Positions 1 through 9,181 of a stretch of DNA of 32,000 bases are shown in pieces. How positions within the stretch are numbered: the stretch's first letter is position 1; every line of letters begins with the position of its first letter. Origin of the DNA: Psychrobacter sp. DM4 (GTDB lineage: Bacteria > Pseudomonadota > Gammaproteobacteria > Pseudomonadales > Moraxellaceae); the NCBI RefSeq assembly GCF_051307035.1, contig NZ_CP195536.1:1380001-1412000 (forward strand). Reading direction: 5' to 3'. Made by a program: the position numbers and the translations under genes. Below the pieces are notes generated by a model, which saw nothing but the letters and a program-made list of their open reading frames with translations, ran no database searches and was not told where the DNA came from.

Positions 1-247
1 AGGGTTATCAGGGGTGACAAGATCAGCCGGAAAAGAGCAAGCTCGCGCTAGTGCGGGTTATTTTCTAATGGCTTATATGGGATTTAGTGTGCCGGTAATT
101 TTTACTGGTTTAATCGTTGATCGCTATGGCGCTGCTGTTGCATTTTACGCTTTTGGGTTGTTTTTACTGCTTGGCGCGTTAATATTATTTGCAAGTGGGT
201 CTATTTTGCAAGTAAATCAAGCGAGGTTTGAACCAAAAAATTTGTAG
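1..247 (+). CDS. C-terminal end of a membrane transporter (MFS-like); 5' part lies outside the window
   Basis: The frame is open from the window edge to TAG at 245-247. The tail is hydrophobic helices (GFSVPVIFTGLIV, AFYAFGLFLLLGALILFA). The family call is inference from composition only. Confidence 0.45.
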   Translation, partial: GLSGVTRSAGKEQARASAGYFLMAYMGFSVPVIFTGLIVDRYGAAVAFYAFGLFLLLGALILFASGSILQVNQARFEPKNL

Positions 248-420
248 ATATTAATTCATAGAAAGTTATGTTGGTAAGAATAGCTTTTATAGAGTTGAAT
301 TTTCTGTTAGATATCTGGCGTGAGTGACTATTAGTTCTTGAAATAGCTGTAATAAGACTCAATGAGAATTGACTTTCGAAGAAAATATATCAAATTAGTC
401 TCGACTTAAAAAGTTACTTT

Positions 421-1332
421 CTATCTACCAAACACTTCGCCCAACCACTCTGCGACTGCGCTCACTCTTGCAGAGCGGCGGACATCAGGATGCATAACGA
501 CGTATAGAGGCTGCGATTGGCTCAAAGGTATCGTATTCTTATCCTGATTGGTAGGATTCTTATCAGGTGCTATTTCGTGTTCTGTTATTACTACTCTGTT
601 AATAGGATTAATCGGCAGTAAATCTGGATTGTTAGCTGCTAAAAAGTAAGGCAAGATAGCAATACCCAATTGTTGATACACGCTACTATAGGTTACGTAC
701 AAGTCGTTACTACTAAAAATAATGGGGTAGTGATGCTGTTGTATTAGGTTTTGTGACCAATGTAGTAAACGTGCATTAGCGTGAAACTCAATGAGTTGCC
801 ACTGCTTGGCTGGCGTGCACTCAATATAGTCTTTATGGGCAAAAAAACCATATTTGACGTGAGATATCGCACGGATCAGTAAGTCTTCTTGGGTGGGCCG
901 GCTTAGGCGTAGAGCAATATCAGCTTCTTTGCGATGCAAGTCACTAAAATGAACATCGCCGCGTAGATGTAGCACGATATCAGGGTAGCGCTTACGAAAA
1001 GCGGATAGCTTAGCTATTAATACTTCGTTAGCCAACACTGGCGGCGCAGAGATGACAACGCTACCTTGCATCGCGTTTTGGTCAATCGCCATACGTTTGA
1101 AGGTGATAATTTCTTTTTGTACCTCAGCAGCTTGCGCGTATAAGAGCTTACCTTCTTGAGTAAGAATATAACGCTTTCCCAAACGCTCGAACAAAGTTAA
1201 AGACAGGACTTGTTCAAGGCGTGCAATACGTCGAGACACAGTGCTATGCTGCACGTCCAACTGCTCTGCACAAGCCGTTAGGGTTTGTTGTTCTACTAAG
1301 CAAACGAAATATGCTAAATCATGCCAATCCAT
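421..1332 (-). CDS. LysR-family transcriptional regulator
   Basis: The N-terminal wHTH (MDWHDLAYFVCLVEQQTLTACAEQLDVQHSTVSRRIARLE) and a ~300-aa substrate-binding body are typical of LysR. The start was moved to the ATG at 1332 (MDWHD), which fits the family N-terminus better than the ORF-track start at 1368. It is divergent from the 1509 gene. Confidence 0.85.
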   Translation of the reverse strand: MDWHDLAYFVCLVEQQTLTACAEQLDVQHSTVSRRIARLEQVLSLTLFERLGKRYILTQEGKLLYAQAAEVQKEIITFKRMAIDQNAMQGSVVISAPPVLANEVLIAKLSAFRKRYPDIVLHLRGDVHFSDLHRKEADIALRLSRPTQEDLLIRAISHVKYGFFAHKDYIECTPAKQWQLIEFHANARLLHWSQNLIQQHHYPIIFSSNDLYVTYSSVYQQLGIAILPYFLAANNPDLLPINPINRVVITEHEIAPDKNPTNQDKNTIPLSQSQPLYVVMHPDVRRSARVSAVAEWLGEVFGR

Positions 1333-1508
1333 TGTTCTAACTCTCCTTATATCTAGTATCCGAGACATGCCTACCTCTGTCGTTGTAACACAAGCTATTG
1401 TGCATTATTGCACAGTAGCTGGTTTTCTGTCGTCTATTGTTTATGTAAGGTTTGGATTAGACTGATTCTAAGGTACTGGCCTATATAATAATGCAAAGGA
1501 GATAAACG

Positions 1509-1880
1509 ATGAGTGATAGTGCGCTTACCGAGCACGGCAAATCTATTATGAACCAGTTACAAGAGGGTCTTGCTGATAGGGTATCTAATAGTCTGGCTGA
1601 GCTAGATACTGACTTGCCGGCATTGATTACTGATTACGCTTTTGGCGCAGTGGTCGGTCGCCCAGGTCTTGATCTAAAGTCCCGAGAGATGATAACGGTA
1701 GCCTCATTGATTACCTTAGGTCACCCTGCGCCGCAGCTCAAACTACATATGCGGGCAGCCTTAAATATAGGTGTCAGCCAGCAAGAGTTATTGGAGATCG
1801 TTATCCAAATGGCAATTTATGCCGGTGTACCCGCCTGTATGAATGCGTTGACTATTTATAGAGAAGTCATCGAAGTGTGA
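1509..1880 (+). CDS. carboxymuconolactone decarboxylase (CMD/AhpD-like) family protein
   Basis: It is 123 aa with a CMD-like helical core (REMITVASLITLGHPAPQLKLHMRAALNIGVSQQELLEIVIQMAIYAGVPA). An AAGGAG RBS lies 7 nt upstream of the ATG. Confidence 0.7.
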   Translation: MSDSALTEHGKSIMNQLQEGLADRVSNSLAELDTDLPALITDYAFGAVVGRPGLDLKSREMITVASLITLGHPAPQLKLHMRAALNIGVSQQELLEIVIQMAIYAGVPACMNALTIYREVIEV

Positions 1881-1922
1881 TTGATAGGAATGACTTTAAA
1901 CAACCTTAATACGGAGAATAAG

Positions 1923-2915
1923 ATGCAAACAAGACTATTGCAGCAAATGAATCAGCCCGTTTCAGCTATTGGGCTGGGTTGTATGGGTATGAGTGAGTTC
2001 TATGGAGACAGTGACGATAGCCAGTCGTTAGCTTTATTGGATAAAGCACTGGAGCTTGGTATTAATTTCTTTGACAGTGCTGATACTTATGGCTTTGGAC
2101 ATAATGAGACGCTGCTGGGACAGTTCTTAGCCAATCATAAAGCGCAGCGTGAGCAGATTGTAATGGCTACTAAGTTCGGTATTGTCCGCGCGAAAGGTCA
2201 ATACGAGCGCCGTTTGGATAATAGCCCTGATTATATTAAGCAGGCTTGCCATGATTCTCTACAGCGGTTGGGTACAGAATATATCGACCTATACTACTGT
2301 CATCGCCGTGACCATAAGACGCCAGTTGAAGACATGATGCAGACTTTGAGCGCTTTAGTGAAACAAGGAGATATACGCGGTATTGGTCTCTCTGAGGTCT
2401 CAAGTGCGACTCTGCGTCAAGCGCATGCCATACATCCTATTACGGCAGTACAAAGTGAGTATTCGCTTTGGTCACGCCAGCCAGAAGAAGATCTATTACA
2501 GACCTGCCGTGAGCTAGGTGTCAGCTTCGTTGCTTATAGCCCGTTAGGACGTGCTTTTTTGACAGGCAAGCTCGAAACTGAGAATTTAGCAGCCGATGAT
2601 TTTCGCCATGCTGTACCACGATTACAGGGAGAAGCGCTCATAGATAATCAACAGATAGTGCAGCAGTTTAGTCAGCTAGCTGGCAAGTGGCAATACAGTA
2701 ATGCCCAGCTATGTTTGGCATGGATGCTAAATAAACATCCGCATGTCATTCCTATCGCAGGTACGCGCCACGAAAAGTATCTTATGGAGAATGCAAAAGC
2801 TGCAGATATTGTACTCAAATCTCAGCAAATAGATGAATTAGATAAATTATTTAGTCCTAATAAGATAGCTGGCGCGCGTTATCCAAAAGCTGGGTGGGGC
2901 GGTATTGAGAAGTAG
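1923..2915 (+). CDS. aldo/keto reductase
   Basis: AKR motifs are present: GLGCMGMS, DSADTYG, ATKFG, LYYCHRRD. The start was set at ATG 1923 (MQTRLL). The ORF-track start at 1881 (TTG) abuts the upstream stop codon and is an unlikely start. Confidence 0.85.
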   Translation: MQTRLLQQMNQPVSAIGLGCMGMSEFYGDSDDSQSLALLDKALELGINFFDSADTYGFGHNETLLGQFLANHKAQREQIVMATKFGIVRAKGQYERRLDNSPDYIKQACHDSLQRLGTEYIDLYYCHRRDHKTPVEDMMQTLSALVKQGDIRGIGLSEVSSATLRQAHAIHPITAVQSEYSLWSRQPEEDLLQTCRELGVSFVAYSPLGRAFLTGKLETENLAADDFRHAVPRLQGEALIDNQQIVQQFSQLAGKWQYSNAQLCLAWMLNKHPHVIPIAGTRHEKYLMENAKAADIVLKSQQIDELDKLFSPNKIAGARYPKAGWGGIEK

Positions 2916-2953
2916 CGATGATCTGGCTATTCTATTTTGATTCTGAGAATAAA

Positions 2954-2980
2954 AGCTACAGAGTAACGTGTGGCTTTTTT
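2954..2980 (+). terminator. rho-independent terminator after the AKR gene
   Basis: Stem AGCTACA/TGTGGCT (one G-U pair) is followed by TTTTTT. Confidence 0.5.
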
Positions 2981-3184
2981 GGTTTATAGCTGCGATGTAA
3001 TTTTGTTATATAGCCGATACTAAATAAAACGGATACATTGTTTAACAACGCGGAACTAGTATAAATTTTGGGCTTGCTGTGCCTACGCCGCTCGATGCTG
3101 CAAAACTGATATTAAACAATAAGCATCCCAGTCTCGCTATATTTTTTTATATTGGACTGACTATACCACTTGTCATCTTTGCGC

Positions 3185-3886
3185 TTTCTAAGTCACCTAT
3201 GCGGTGATATTTATATTATCAGGTTTCGTTTGAAGTCATAACTTCTGATTTTTGGAAACTCTATTTAAAGAGTTTCCCTTGCAAGCCTTGAGTAGGAGTA
3301 AGCAAAACACTGTTTTGCCCGACGCAAGACAAGAGCTATGCTCGCAGTTAGCAGTGCTTTGTTTAAACGGCTCTCATATTTAAAGGTGAGCAAGGATCAG
3401 CAAGCGTGTGGGGTACGTTTGTCCGCAGCGCAAGGCGAAAAGCTCCGCTTTAAGTGTGAGTTGCGCAGCTAAAATTGGTATGTCATCTCAATATAAGTCT
3501 TAACGCTGCTCATAAGCCACTTGTAAGTGTGTGAGATGGGGTTTTTTTGAACTTTTGAGTGAGGCGCGTTAAGAAACAGTCTGGGAGACTGTTTTAGCGG
3601 TGCAAGACGGAGCAATAGCGCAGTGAGTCAAGCCCATCACAAGGGAAAATCTATGATTTTCCTATTGAGGTCTACTAGGTGTTGTGACTTCTTAATTCAG
3701 AAATTCTATCTAAAGAATTTCTCTTGCAAACCTAACAAAGCAGTGCTTTGTTTAAACGGCTCTCATAAGCCACCTGTGCGGTGGTATCTATTTTATCAAA
3801 TTTCGTTTGAAGTCATAATTCCTGAAAATCCTATTTAAAGGATTTTCCTTGCGCAGCTAAAATTGGCATGCAATTTTTTAACGCTG
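3185..3886 (-). repeat. decayed distal part of the CRISPR locus: repeat relics at 3185-3212, 3509-3536 and 3762-3789, separated by non-spacer modules
   Basis: On the + strand 3185 reads TTTCTAAGTCACCTATGCGGTGAT and 3762 reads CTCATAAGCCACCTGTGCGGTGGT; 3509 is only about 16/28. Spacing is 324, 253 and 125 nt instead of 60. The intervening DNA contains recurring blocks (see findings). Confidence 0.6.
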
Positions 3887-4025
3887 CTCATAAGTCACCT
3901 ATGCGGTGATGAAGGATGTAAACAGACTAGACAGTCATTTTAAAGATTTCTAAGCCACCTATGCGGTGGTGAAGTATTTTTTGACCGTATTATGACCCGT
4001 ATTTATTTTCTAAGCCACCTATGCG
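3887..4025 (-). CRISPR. residual type I-F CRISPR array: 2 spacers, 2 full repeats and 19 nt of a third repeat
   Basis: Repeats start at 3887, 3947 and 4007 with an exact 60-nt period (28+32). The + strand reads TTTCTAAGCCACCTATGCGGTGGTGAAG, so the sense strand is CTTCACCACCGCATAGGTGGCTTAGAAA (hairpin CCACC-GCATA-GGTGG, CTTAGAAA handle), which is I-F-like. Spacers are 3915-3946 and 3975-4006. The repeat at 4007 stops matching after nt 19 (4025). Confidence 0.85.
4019..4025. repeat. left copy of the 7-nt junction core CTATGCG (attL side)
   Basis: It is identical to 24859-24865 and corresponds to repeat positions 13-19 (loop plus closing base pair). Confidence 0.75.
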
Positions 4026-4088
4026 TTATATCTAGTAGATAGCATATAAATAAAATACAAGCTATATATTTATAGGTTCTTAGAGATA

Positions 4089-4129
4089 AATAGTTTTTAT
4101 ATATATAATATATATGTATAAAAACTATT
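4089..4129. repeat. 13-bp perfect inverted repeat in the AT-rich left terminus of the island
   Basis: AATAGTTTTTATA (4089-4101) and TATAAAAACTATT (4117-4129) are separated by 15 nt of alternating AT. Function is unknown; an operator for the downstream gene pair or an accessory recombinase site are possibilities. Confidence 0.35.
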
Positions 4130-4342
4130 CACTCAGTGTATGATTTGCAAATCATGGCTTATCATAGCGATAACAAAATACGTAAAGCTCTGTGTATCTA
4201 ACCATCACCTATAATTGTTTATATGAAACATTGTTTAGTATTCATGATTAACGTATATTGACCAAATATTTTAAAAAAGAACATTTTGAATAGTAGAGAT
4301 TTTAGTTGGTTTGCCAGTACTATAGAGAGAGGTAAGGTCACT

Positions 4343-6256
4343 ATGATTTTAAAAAAAATGCGCTTATCTAATTTCCAATCCTTCGGTGAAGAAACAACAG
4401 AGATACAACTTGATAAAATAACTTATTTAATCGGCCCTAATGGTTCTGGAAAAACAGCTGTATTACAAGCACTTTGTAAAATGTTTTCTGTTGACCCGTC
4501 AATACGGAGATTAAAAAAGTCCGATTTTCATGTTTCTCATAATGAATCTGAAATTCCTGATGAAAGGAAGCTTTGGATAGAAGCAGATTTTGAGTTACCC
4601 GAAGCATCTGATTCTTCAGATCATACATCAACTACTATTCCGCCTATGTTTAATCATATGAGACTTAGTAGTATTACAGGACTTCCTATTATAAGATATC
4701 GGCTTGAAGCCACTATGGGAATAGATGGTGATATTGATGATCCAATATTACTATATGTCTTAGAGTTTGATCATATAGGTAATCCGACAAATACAAGTAG
4801 AGTATCTCGCTCAGATAGAAATCAAATTCAGATCCATTATTTACCTGCTAAACGTGATCCTTCTGAGCATGTCGCTTTTAGTACGAATGCCTTACTTGGA
4901 CGCTTACTAAGATCAGTAAACTGGTCGAATGAGCGGGAGCAAATCAAGACACTTACAGATGAAATTAGTAATAGCTTGTCTAAAAACAGTTCTGTAGATT
5001 TAGTAAGTTCTACACTTAAAGACGTATGGAAAAACTTGCACAAAGGAAATTATTTTACTGATCCTAAAATTAATTTCTCTAATTCTGAAATCGAAGCTTT
5101 GCTTCGCCATATGTCTGTCTCCTTCTCTCCTGGTCATGATCAAAACGACGTGGATTTCTCACAGCTCAGTGATGGTCAGAAGTCTATGCTTTATTTATCT
5201 TTAGTACTTACTTCTCAAGCTGTTGGAAGAAAAGTATTAAGTGGAGATGATGCTACCTTCGATCCTGATAAACTTAATCCTCCTATATTTACTATTGTAG
5301 CTCTTGAGGAGCCTGAAAATAGCCTATCACCTCACTTTCTTGGCAGAATTGTAAGCTCATTAAACAGGTTGACGAATGGAGCTGATGCTCAAGCATTGAT
5401 AGCCACACATGCGCCTTCTATATTAAAAAGAGTAGAACCTGAGAATATACGTTATTTAAGACTTGGAATAGATAGACAAACTAAGATTAGCTACATCACA
5501 TTACCAGACAAGTCTGATGAAGCCCATAAATTTGTAAGACAAGCGGTGCAAGCATATCCTGAAATATATTTTTCAAGACTAGTCATTCTTGGAGAAGGCG
5601 ATAGTGAGGAAATTGTTATTCCAAGACTACTACAGGCTAAAGGTATCCCAGCTGACGAATTTGCAATTACTATTGCACCATTAGGCGGGAGACATGTAAA
5701 TCACTTTTGGAGACTTCTTACAGGACTGAATATCCCTCACGTTACTCTCCTTGATTTAGATATAGCTCGGTATCATGGAGGTTGGGGAAGAATTAAATAC
5801 GTTAATGATCAACTTGCAAAATATACGCCAAGTAAAGTATTGCCACAAGATTTTGGTATACCAAGCTGGAATGATGTGACTGAGAAAGTTAGAAACTATC
5901 CAAACTATATTGAAGAGCTTGAAAAAAGAGGTGTTTTTTTCTCATCTCCATTAGATTTAGATTTTTCAATGTTGAAAGGATTTCCACAAGCCTTTCGTGC
6001 TGAAAATGAAATTTGCGATGACTCAACATTTAAAGCCGTTTTAGGTAAAGCCCACTTTGATCGCTTTCAATATACTGATGATGAACAACTATTATTTAGT
6101 CGTTACCATAAAAAGTTCAATTTAGGTAGTAAGCCAGCAAATCATATTGAAGCGCTAGCAAATCTATTAGACACAGATATTCTAAATAACATGCCCGAAT
6201 CTTATTCTAGAATGATCGATGCAACTGAACGCTTAATTAATGAGCTACCTGAATGA
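4343..6256 (+). CDS. gajA: OLD-family ATP-dependent nuclease (ABC-type ATPase + TOPRIM), Gabija GajA-like
   Basis: Motifs: Walker A LIGPNGSGKT, Q-loop/signature region QLSDGQKSM, Walker B ALEEPENSLSPH, C-terminal TOPRIM LVILGEGDSEEIVIP and LLDLD. The start was set at ATG 4343 (MILKKMRLSNF), preceded by GAGAGAGG. It is stop/start coupled (ATGA) to a UvrD helicase gene, which is the class-2 OLD/Gabija architecture. Confidence 0.75.
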   Translation: MILKKMRLSNFQSFGEETTEIQLDKITYLIGPNGSGKTAVLQALCKMFSVDPSIRRLKKSDFHVSHNESEIPDERKLWIEADFELPEASDSSDHTSTTIPPMFNHMRLSSITGLPIIRYRLEATMGIDGDIDDPILLYVLEFDHIGNPTNTSRVSRSDRNQIQIHYLPAKRDPSEHVAFSTNALLGRLLRSVNWSNEREQIKTLTDEISNSLSKNSSVDLVSSTLKDVWKNLHKGNYFTDPKINFSNSEIEALLRHMSVSFSPGHDQNDVDFSQLSDGQKSMLYLSLVLTSQAVGRKVLSGDDATFDPDKLNPPIFTIVALEEPENSLSPHFLGRIVSSLNRLTNGADAQALIATHAPSILKRVEPENIRYLRLGIDRQTKISYITLPDKSDEAHKFVRQAVQAYPEIYFSRLVILGEGDSEEIVIPRLLQAKGIPADEFAITIAPLGGRHVNHFWRLLTGLNIPHVTLLDLDIARYHGGWGRIKYVNDQLAKYTPSKVLPQDFGIPSWNDVTEKVRNYPNYIEELEKRGVFFSSPLDLDFSMLKGFPQAFRAENEICDDSTFKAVLGKAHFDRFQYTDDEQLLFSRYHKKFNLGSKPANHIEALANLLDTDILNNMPESYSRMIDATERLINELPE

Positions 6257-7896
6257 TTTCCACTTATGAATGGAAGCCAGCTAATGGTCTTATATTAGAA
6301 CCTAATGCTATGGCTGTAGTTACATCCACTAAAAAATGTTATGCATTGACCGCAGGACCTGGTGCTGGAAAAACTGAAATGTTAGCACAAAGAGCTGACT
6401 TTCTTCTAAAGACACAAGCTTGTCGATATCCTAAAAGAATATTAGCAATATCTTTTAAAGTCGATGCTAGCAAAAATTTAAAAGAAAGGGTCATAAAACG
6501 TTGCGGTAGTAGTCTAGCCACAAGGTTTGATAGTTATACCTTTCATGCGTTTGCTAAAAAAATTATTGACCGTTTTAGAATAGTTTTAACTGGTCAAGAA
6601 GCGCTAGATTTTGACTATCAAATTGGTGAAAGAAGGGTTCACCGGAAGCAGATAACTTTTAATGACTTAGTTCCATTTGCCATTACTATTTTAGAAAGCT
6701 CAGAGATAGTAAGAAATATAATTAAGAGCACATATACTGATGTTTTCCTCGATGAATTTCAGGATTGCACTACTTTACAATATAAACTTATTAAGCTGGC
6801 TTTCTTAAATACTAGCGTTCGAATAGTATCAGTAGGTGATAGCAAGCAAAGAATAATGGGTTGGGCTGGCGCTCTTGAAGGTATATTTAAGTACTATACT
6901 GATGATTTTTCAGCTATTTCATTAGTTTTATATAGAAACTTTCGCTCTAAGCCTAGATTGCTTAGATTACAAAATGAAATTATACGCATTCTTGAACCAG
7001 ACTCGGTAATGCCTGAAGCTTTGATTGCTGGTAATGAAGGTGAGGTTTCCATACAGTCATTTGCTGATGCAAAGCTTGAAGCTACATACTTAGCAAGTAA
7101 AATACAGCATTGGCTTCAAGTAGAGAAAATTCCTGCTTCTGAGATAGCTATTCTTGTATCTAAACAGATAGACTTATATGCTTGGAGCTTAATGAATGAG
7201 TTGAATACCCTAAATATACCTTTTCGTAATGAACAGCAATTACAGGATTTAAGCAGTGAGCCTATAGCTCAATTATTTGTTGACTTTTTAATGTGTATTT
7301 ATAGCCCCAATGAGCCCGATTCTTGGACAAGACTCAACGAAACAATATCACTCTTTGATAATGAGAACCAATCCAGTCAGACTTTAGAAATAAGCAGATA
7401 CATTCAAAATGAATGGAGACTTTTTAAGTCAACTAAAGACTACTCAAAATGGTGGGAAAACGTTCGTTTTTTATTGAAGACTTTAGGAGTTCAAAGATTA
7501 ATAACATTATCTCCATCTTATGAGTCAACTGATTATCTGTATAAGCTCATTATCGATTTTAAGAATGAAATTGAAAGGACAATGATATCAGCATCAAACT
7601 TAATTAAAGCATTACTCAGTTTTTCTGGAGATGACGCTATTAGACTGCTAACAATTCATAAAAGTAAAGGTTTGGAGTTTGATACAGTCGTTATTATGGC
7701 TGTTGAGCAAGAGATATTTTTTGGAAATGTAAATGATGAAAGATGTGCTTTCTTTGTAGGAGTTTCACGAGCTAAACAAAGATTACTTTTGACACATGTA
7801 AGTAGACGTGAAGTTCCTCCTAGTCATTTTAAAAGATGGGATGTACGGAGAACACCACATCATGAGTTCTTAAGTTACTGTAGATTAGTATATTAG
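6253..7896 (+). CDS. gajB: UvrD/PcrA/Rep-type superfamily-1 helicase, Gabija GajB-like
   Basis: Helicase motifs: AGPGAGKTEML (I), DEFQD (II), RNFRS (IV), IHKSKGLEFDTVVI (V), VGVSRAK (VI). Its start overlaps the upstream stop codon (ATGA at 6253-6256). Confidence 0.75.
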   Translation: MISTYEWKPANGLILEPNAMAVVTSTKKCYALTAGPGAGKTEMLAQRADFLLKTQACRYPKRILAISFKVDASKNLKERVIKRCGSSLATRFDSYTFHAFAKKIIDRFRIVLTGQEALDFDYQIGERRVHRKQITFNDLVPFAITILESSEIVRNIIKSTYTDVFLDEFQDCTTLQYKLIKLAFLNTSVRIVSVGDSKQRIMGWAGALEGIFKYYTDDFSAISLVLYRNFRSKPRLLRLQNEIIRILEPDSVMPEALIAGNEGEVSIQSFADAKLEATYLASKIQHWLQVEKIPASEIAILVSKQIDLYAWSLMNELNTLNIPFRNEQQLQDLSSEPIAQLFVDFLMCIYSPNEPDSWTRLNETISLFDNENQSSQTLEISRYIQNEWRLFKSTKDYSKWWENVRFLLKTLGVQRLITLSPSYESTDYLYKLIIDFKNEIERTMISASNLIKALLSFSGDDAIRLLTIHKSKGLEFDTVVIMAVEQEIFFGNVNDERCAFFVGVSRAKQRLLLTHVSRREVPPSHFKRWDVRRTPHHEFLSYCRLVY

Positions 7897-7916
7897 ACGT
7901 ATACCCCAGCATAATC

Positions 7917-7982
7917 AGCTATTTAAGCCCTAAAACGTATTAATAGACTACTGAAAACAGACCCCTAAGATGGAACCACTTA
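7917..7982 (+). repeat. copy A of a ~66-bp direct repeat (partner at 11944-12008)
   Basis: AGCTATTTAAGCCCTAAAACGTATTAATAGACTACTGAAAACAGAC...ATGGAACCACTTA aligns with the partner at roughly 80% identity by eye, with one indel. Confidence 0.55.
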
Positions 7983-8358
7983 GAAAACTGTAACACTTGT
8001 AGGATTTTTCTCGATGCAAAACATTAAAAAACAGACCACAATATCGAGCCTAGACTTTAATAATCTACGCAAACTCATGGATGCCTTAATTAATCTAAAA
8101 AAATTGATAATCTGGATTCTCTTGATGCATATTACAGCTTTGAATGGCAAGAAGATGCTAATGAGATAATTGATGGTATCAATAAGTATGTAGAGCAAAC
8201 GTTAGCTAGCCTAGAGGTAGAGAGCTACCAAAATTCTCACTGTAGTCTGATCTCTTTGAGAATATATCTACAGGATTTAAGGGTACAATAGATGGAATCA
8301 CTAACGATGCCATTTTAACGAATGATGATAATGAAAAATTCACTTGGCTACCATTGAC

Positions 8359-8382
8359 GAGCGCATCCCAGATTCTGTGTAA
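8359..8382. repeat. solo terminal-inverted-repeat-like sequence, same family as 10504 and 19824
   Basis: GAGCGCATCCCAGATTCTGTGTAA compares with GAGACCATCCCAGATTCTGTGTAA at 10504. Confidence 0.45.
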
Positions 8383-8740
8383 CTGCTATTTAGATTTGTA
8401 ACTATCCCCTAAAATAGCAAAGCTCTTCTTTGTACATGTTTTGCCGACGTGTATAACTGCGCGATAGTGCTTGTCTGTTTGATTTGTTTTCTATGAATAC
8501 AGCTGAGACCCATATATATAGCATTGCTAATTTGATACTCGTTGTCGAGAAAATTTTGGTAAAACGATGCTAATGCTTCGTAAAATCACACCTAAACATT
8601 GTCAGATATTAGAGATGTAATGCTGCAAAGCTTTTTTGAGTACGCTTATAATCATAGAATGTTATTCTACTAATTGATATCGCGCGCGTGGGTAAAATAG
8701 AATTATGCCGCCAACGGCACAACCTACAAGGATCTAACAT

Positions 8741-9181
8741 ATGAAACCGACAGTCGAATACACCGAAGATAAAATTTTTATTCATCATGCGATGGGCACT
8801 GTGTCGATGAATCGCACTACTAATGAAGCGCGCGATAAGGCGATACTTGCAGATAATCTCGCGATGTTTGAGCAGGACGATTTTTACAAGTCGGAAGAAT
8901 TCACTGCTGAATTCAATCAGCATCTGGAAACGGTAATTCTTGCTACGCGTGGCGGTGGTGCTGGTGCAGTAGCGTGTCGCGACACGCTGTTGAGCTTATA
9001 TAACGGCTATGCATACAAAGCTAATCTGTCGAAATGGTATAGCTTAGACAGCACAAAACGTAAGGCTCTGCTCTTCGTGCTAGAGCATCAAACGACTTGC
9101 AATAGAAAAGACATCGACTTATATTTGCCCGAATATAAGATCGACTTCACGCGTATGAAAGAAGAAGTTTCGCACGACTAG
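8741..9181 (+). CDS. hypothetical protein (146 aa)
   Basis: It has an ATG with an AAGGA RBS and non-repetitive composition. I recognise no motif, and it sits in a decayed region. Confidence 0.45.
   Translation: MKPTVEYTEDKIFIHHAMGTVSMNRTTNEARDKAILADNLAMFEQDDFYKSEEFTAEFNQHLETVILATRGGGAGAVACRDTLLSLYNGYAYKANLSKWYSLDSTKRKALLFVLEHQTTCNRKDIDLYLPEYKIDFTRMKEEVSHD

Noticed and set aside
1241-1465. 74-aa + strand ORF
   Set aside because: It overlaps the 5' end of the LysR gene in antisense and extends into the divergent promoter region, with no RBS.
3623-3838. 71-aa ORF in the repeat-relic zone
   Set aside because: It runs straight across the hairpin modules and a CRISPR repeat relic, has a GTG start with no RBS, and has low-complexity composition. 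It is best explained as a chance ORF in repetitive DNA.
3185-3886. Idea that this region is a functional continuation of the CRISPR array
   Set aside because: Spacing is 125-324 nt instead of 60. Repeat ends are replaced, the 3509 copy is only about 16/28, and the intervening DNA is made of recurring blocks rather than unique spacers.
4286-4342. TTG-initiated 19-aa N-terminal extension of the OLD/GajA-like ORF
   Set aside because: The ATG at 4343 has a purine-rich RBS and gives the usual N-terminus a few residues before the Walker A strand. The extension has no support.
8014-8290. Possible frameshifted gene (MQNIKKQTTISSLDFNNLRKLMDALINLKK..., continuing in another frame after an A7 run as DNLDSLDAYYSFEWQEDANEIIDGINKYVEQ...)
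   Set aside because: The two frames read plausibly as one protein, but I recognise no family and cannot confirm the frameshift without a homologue. It is left uncalled.
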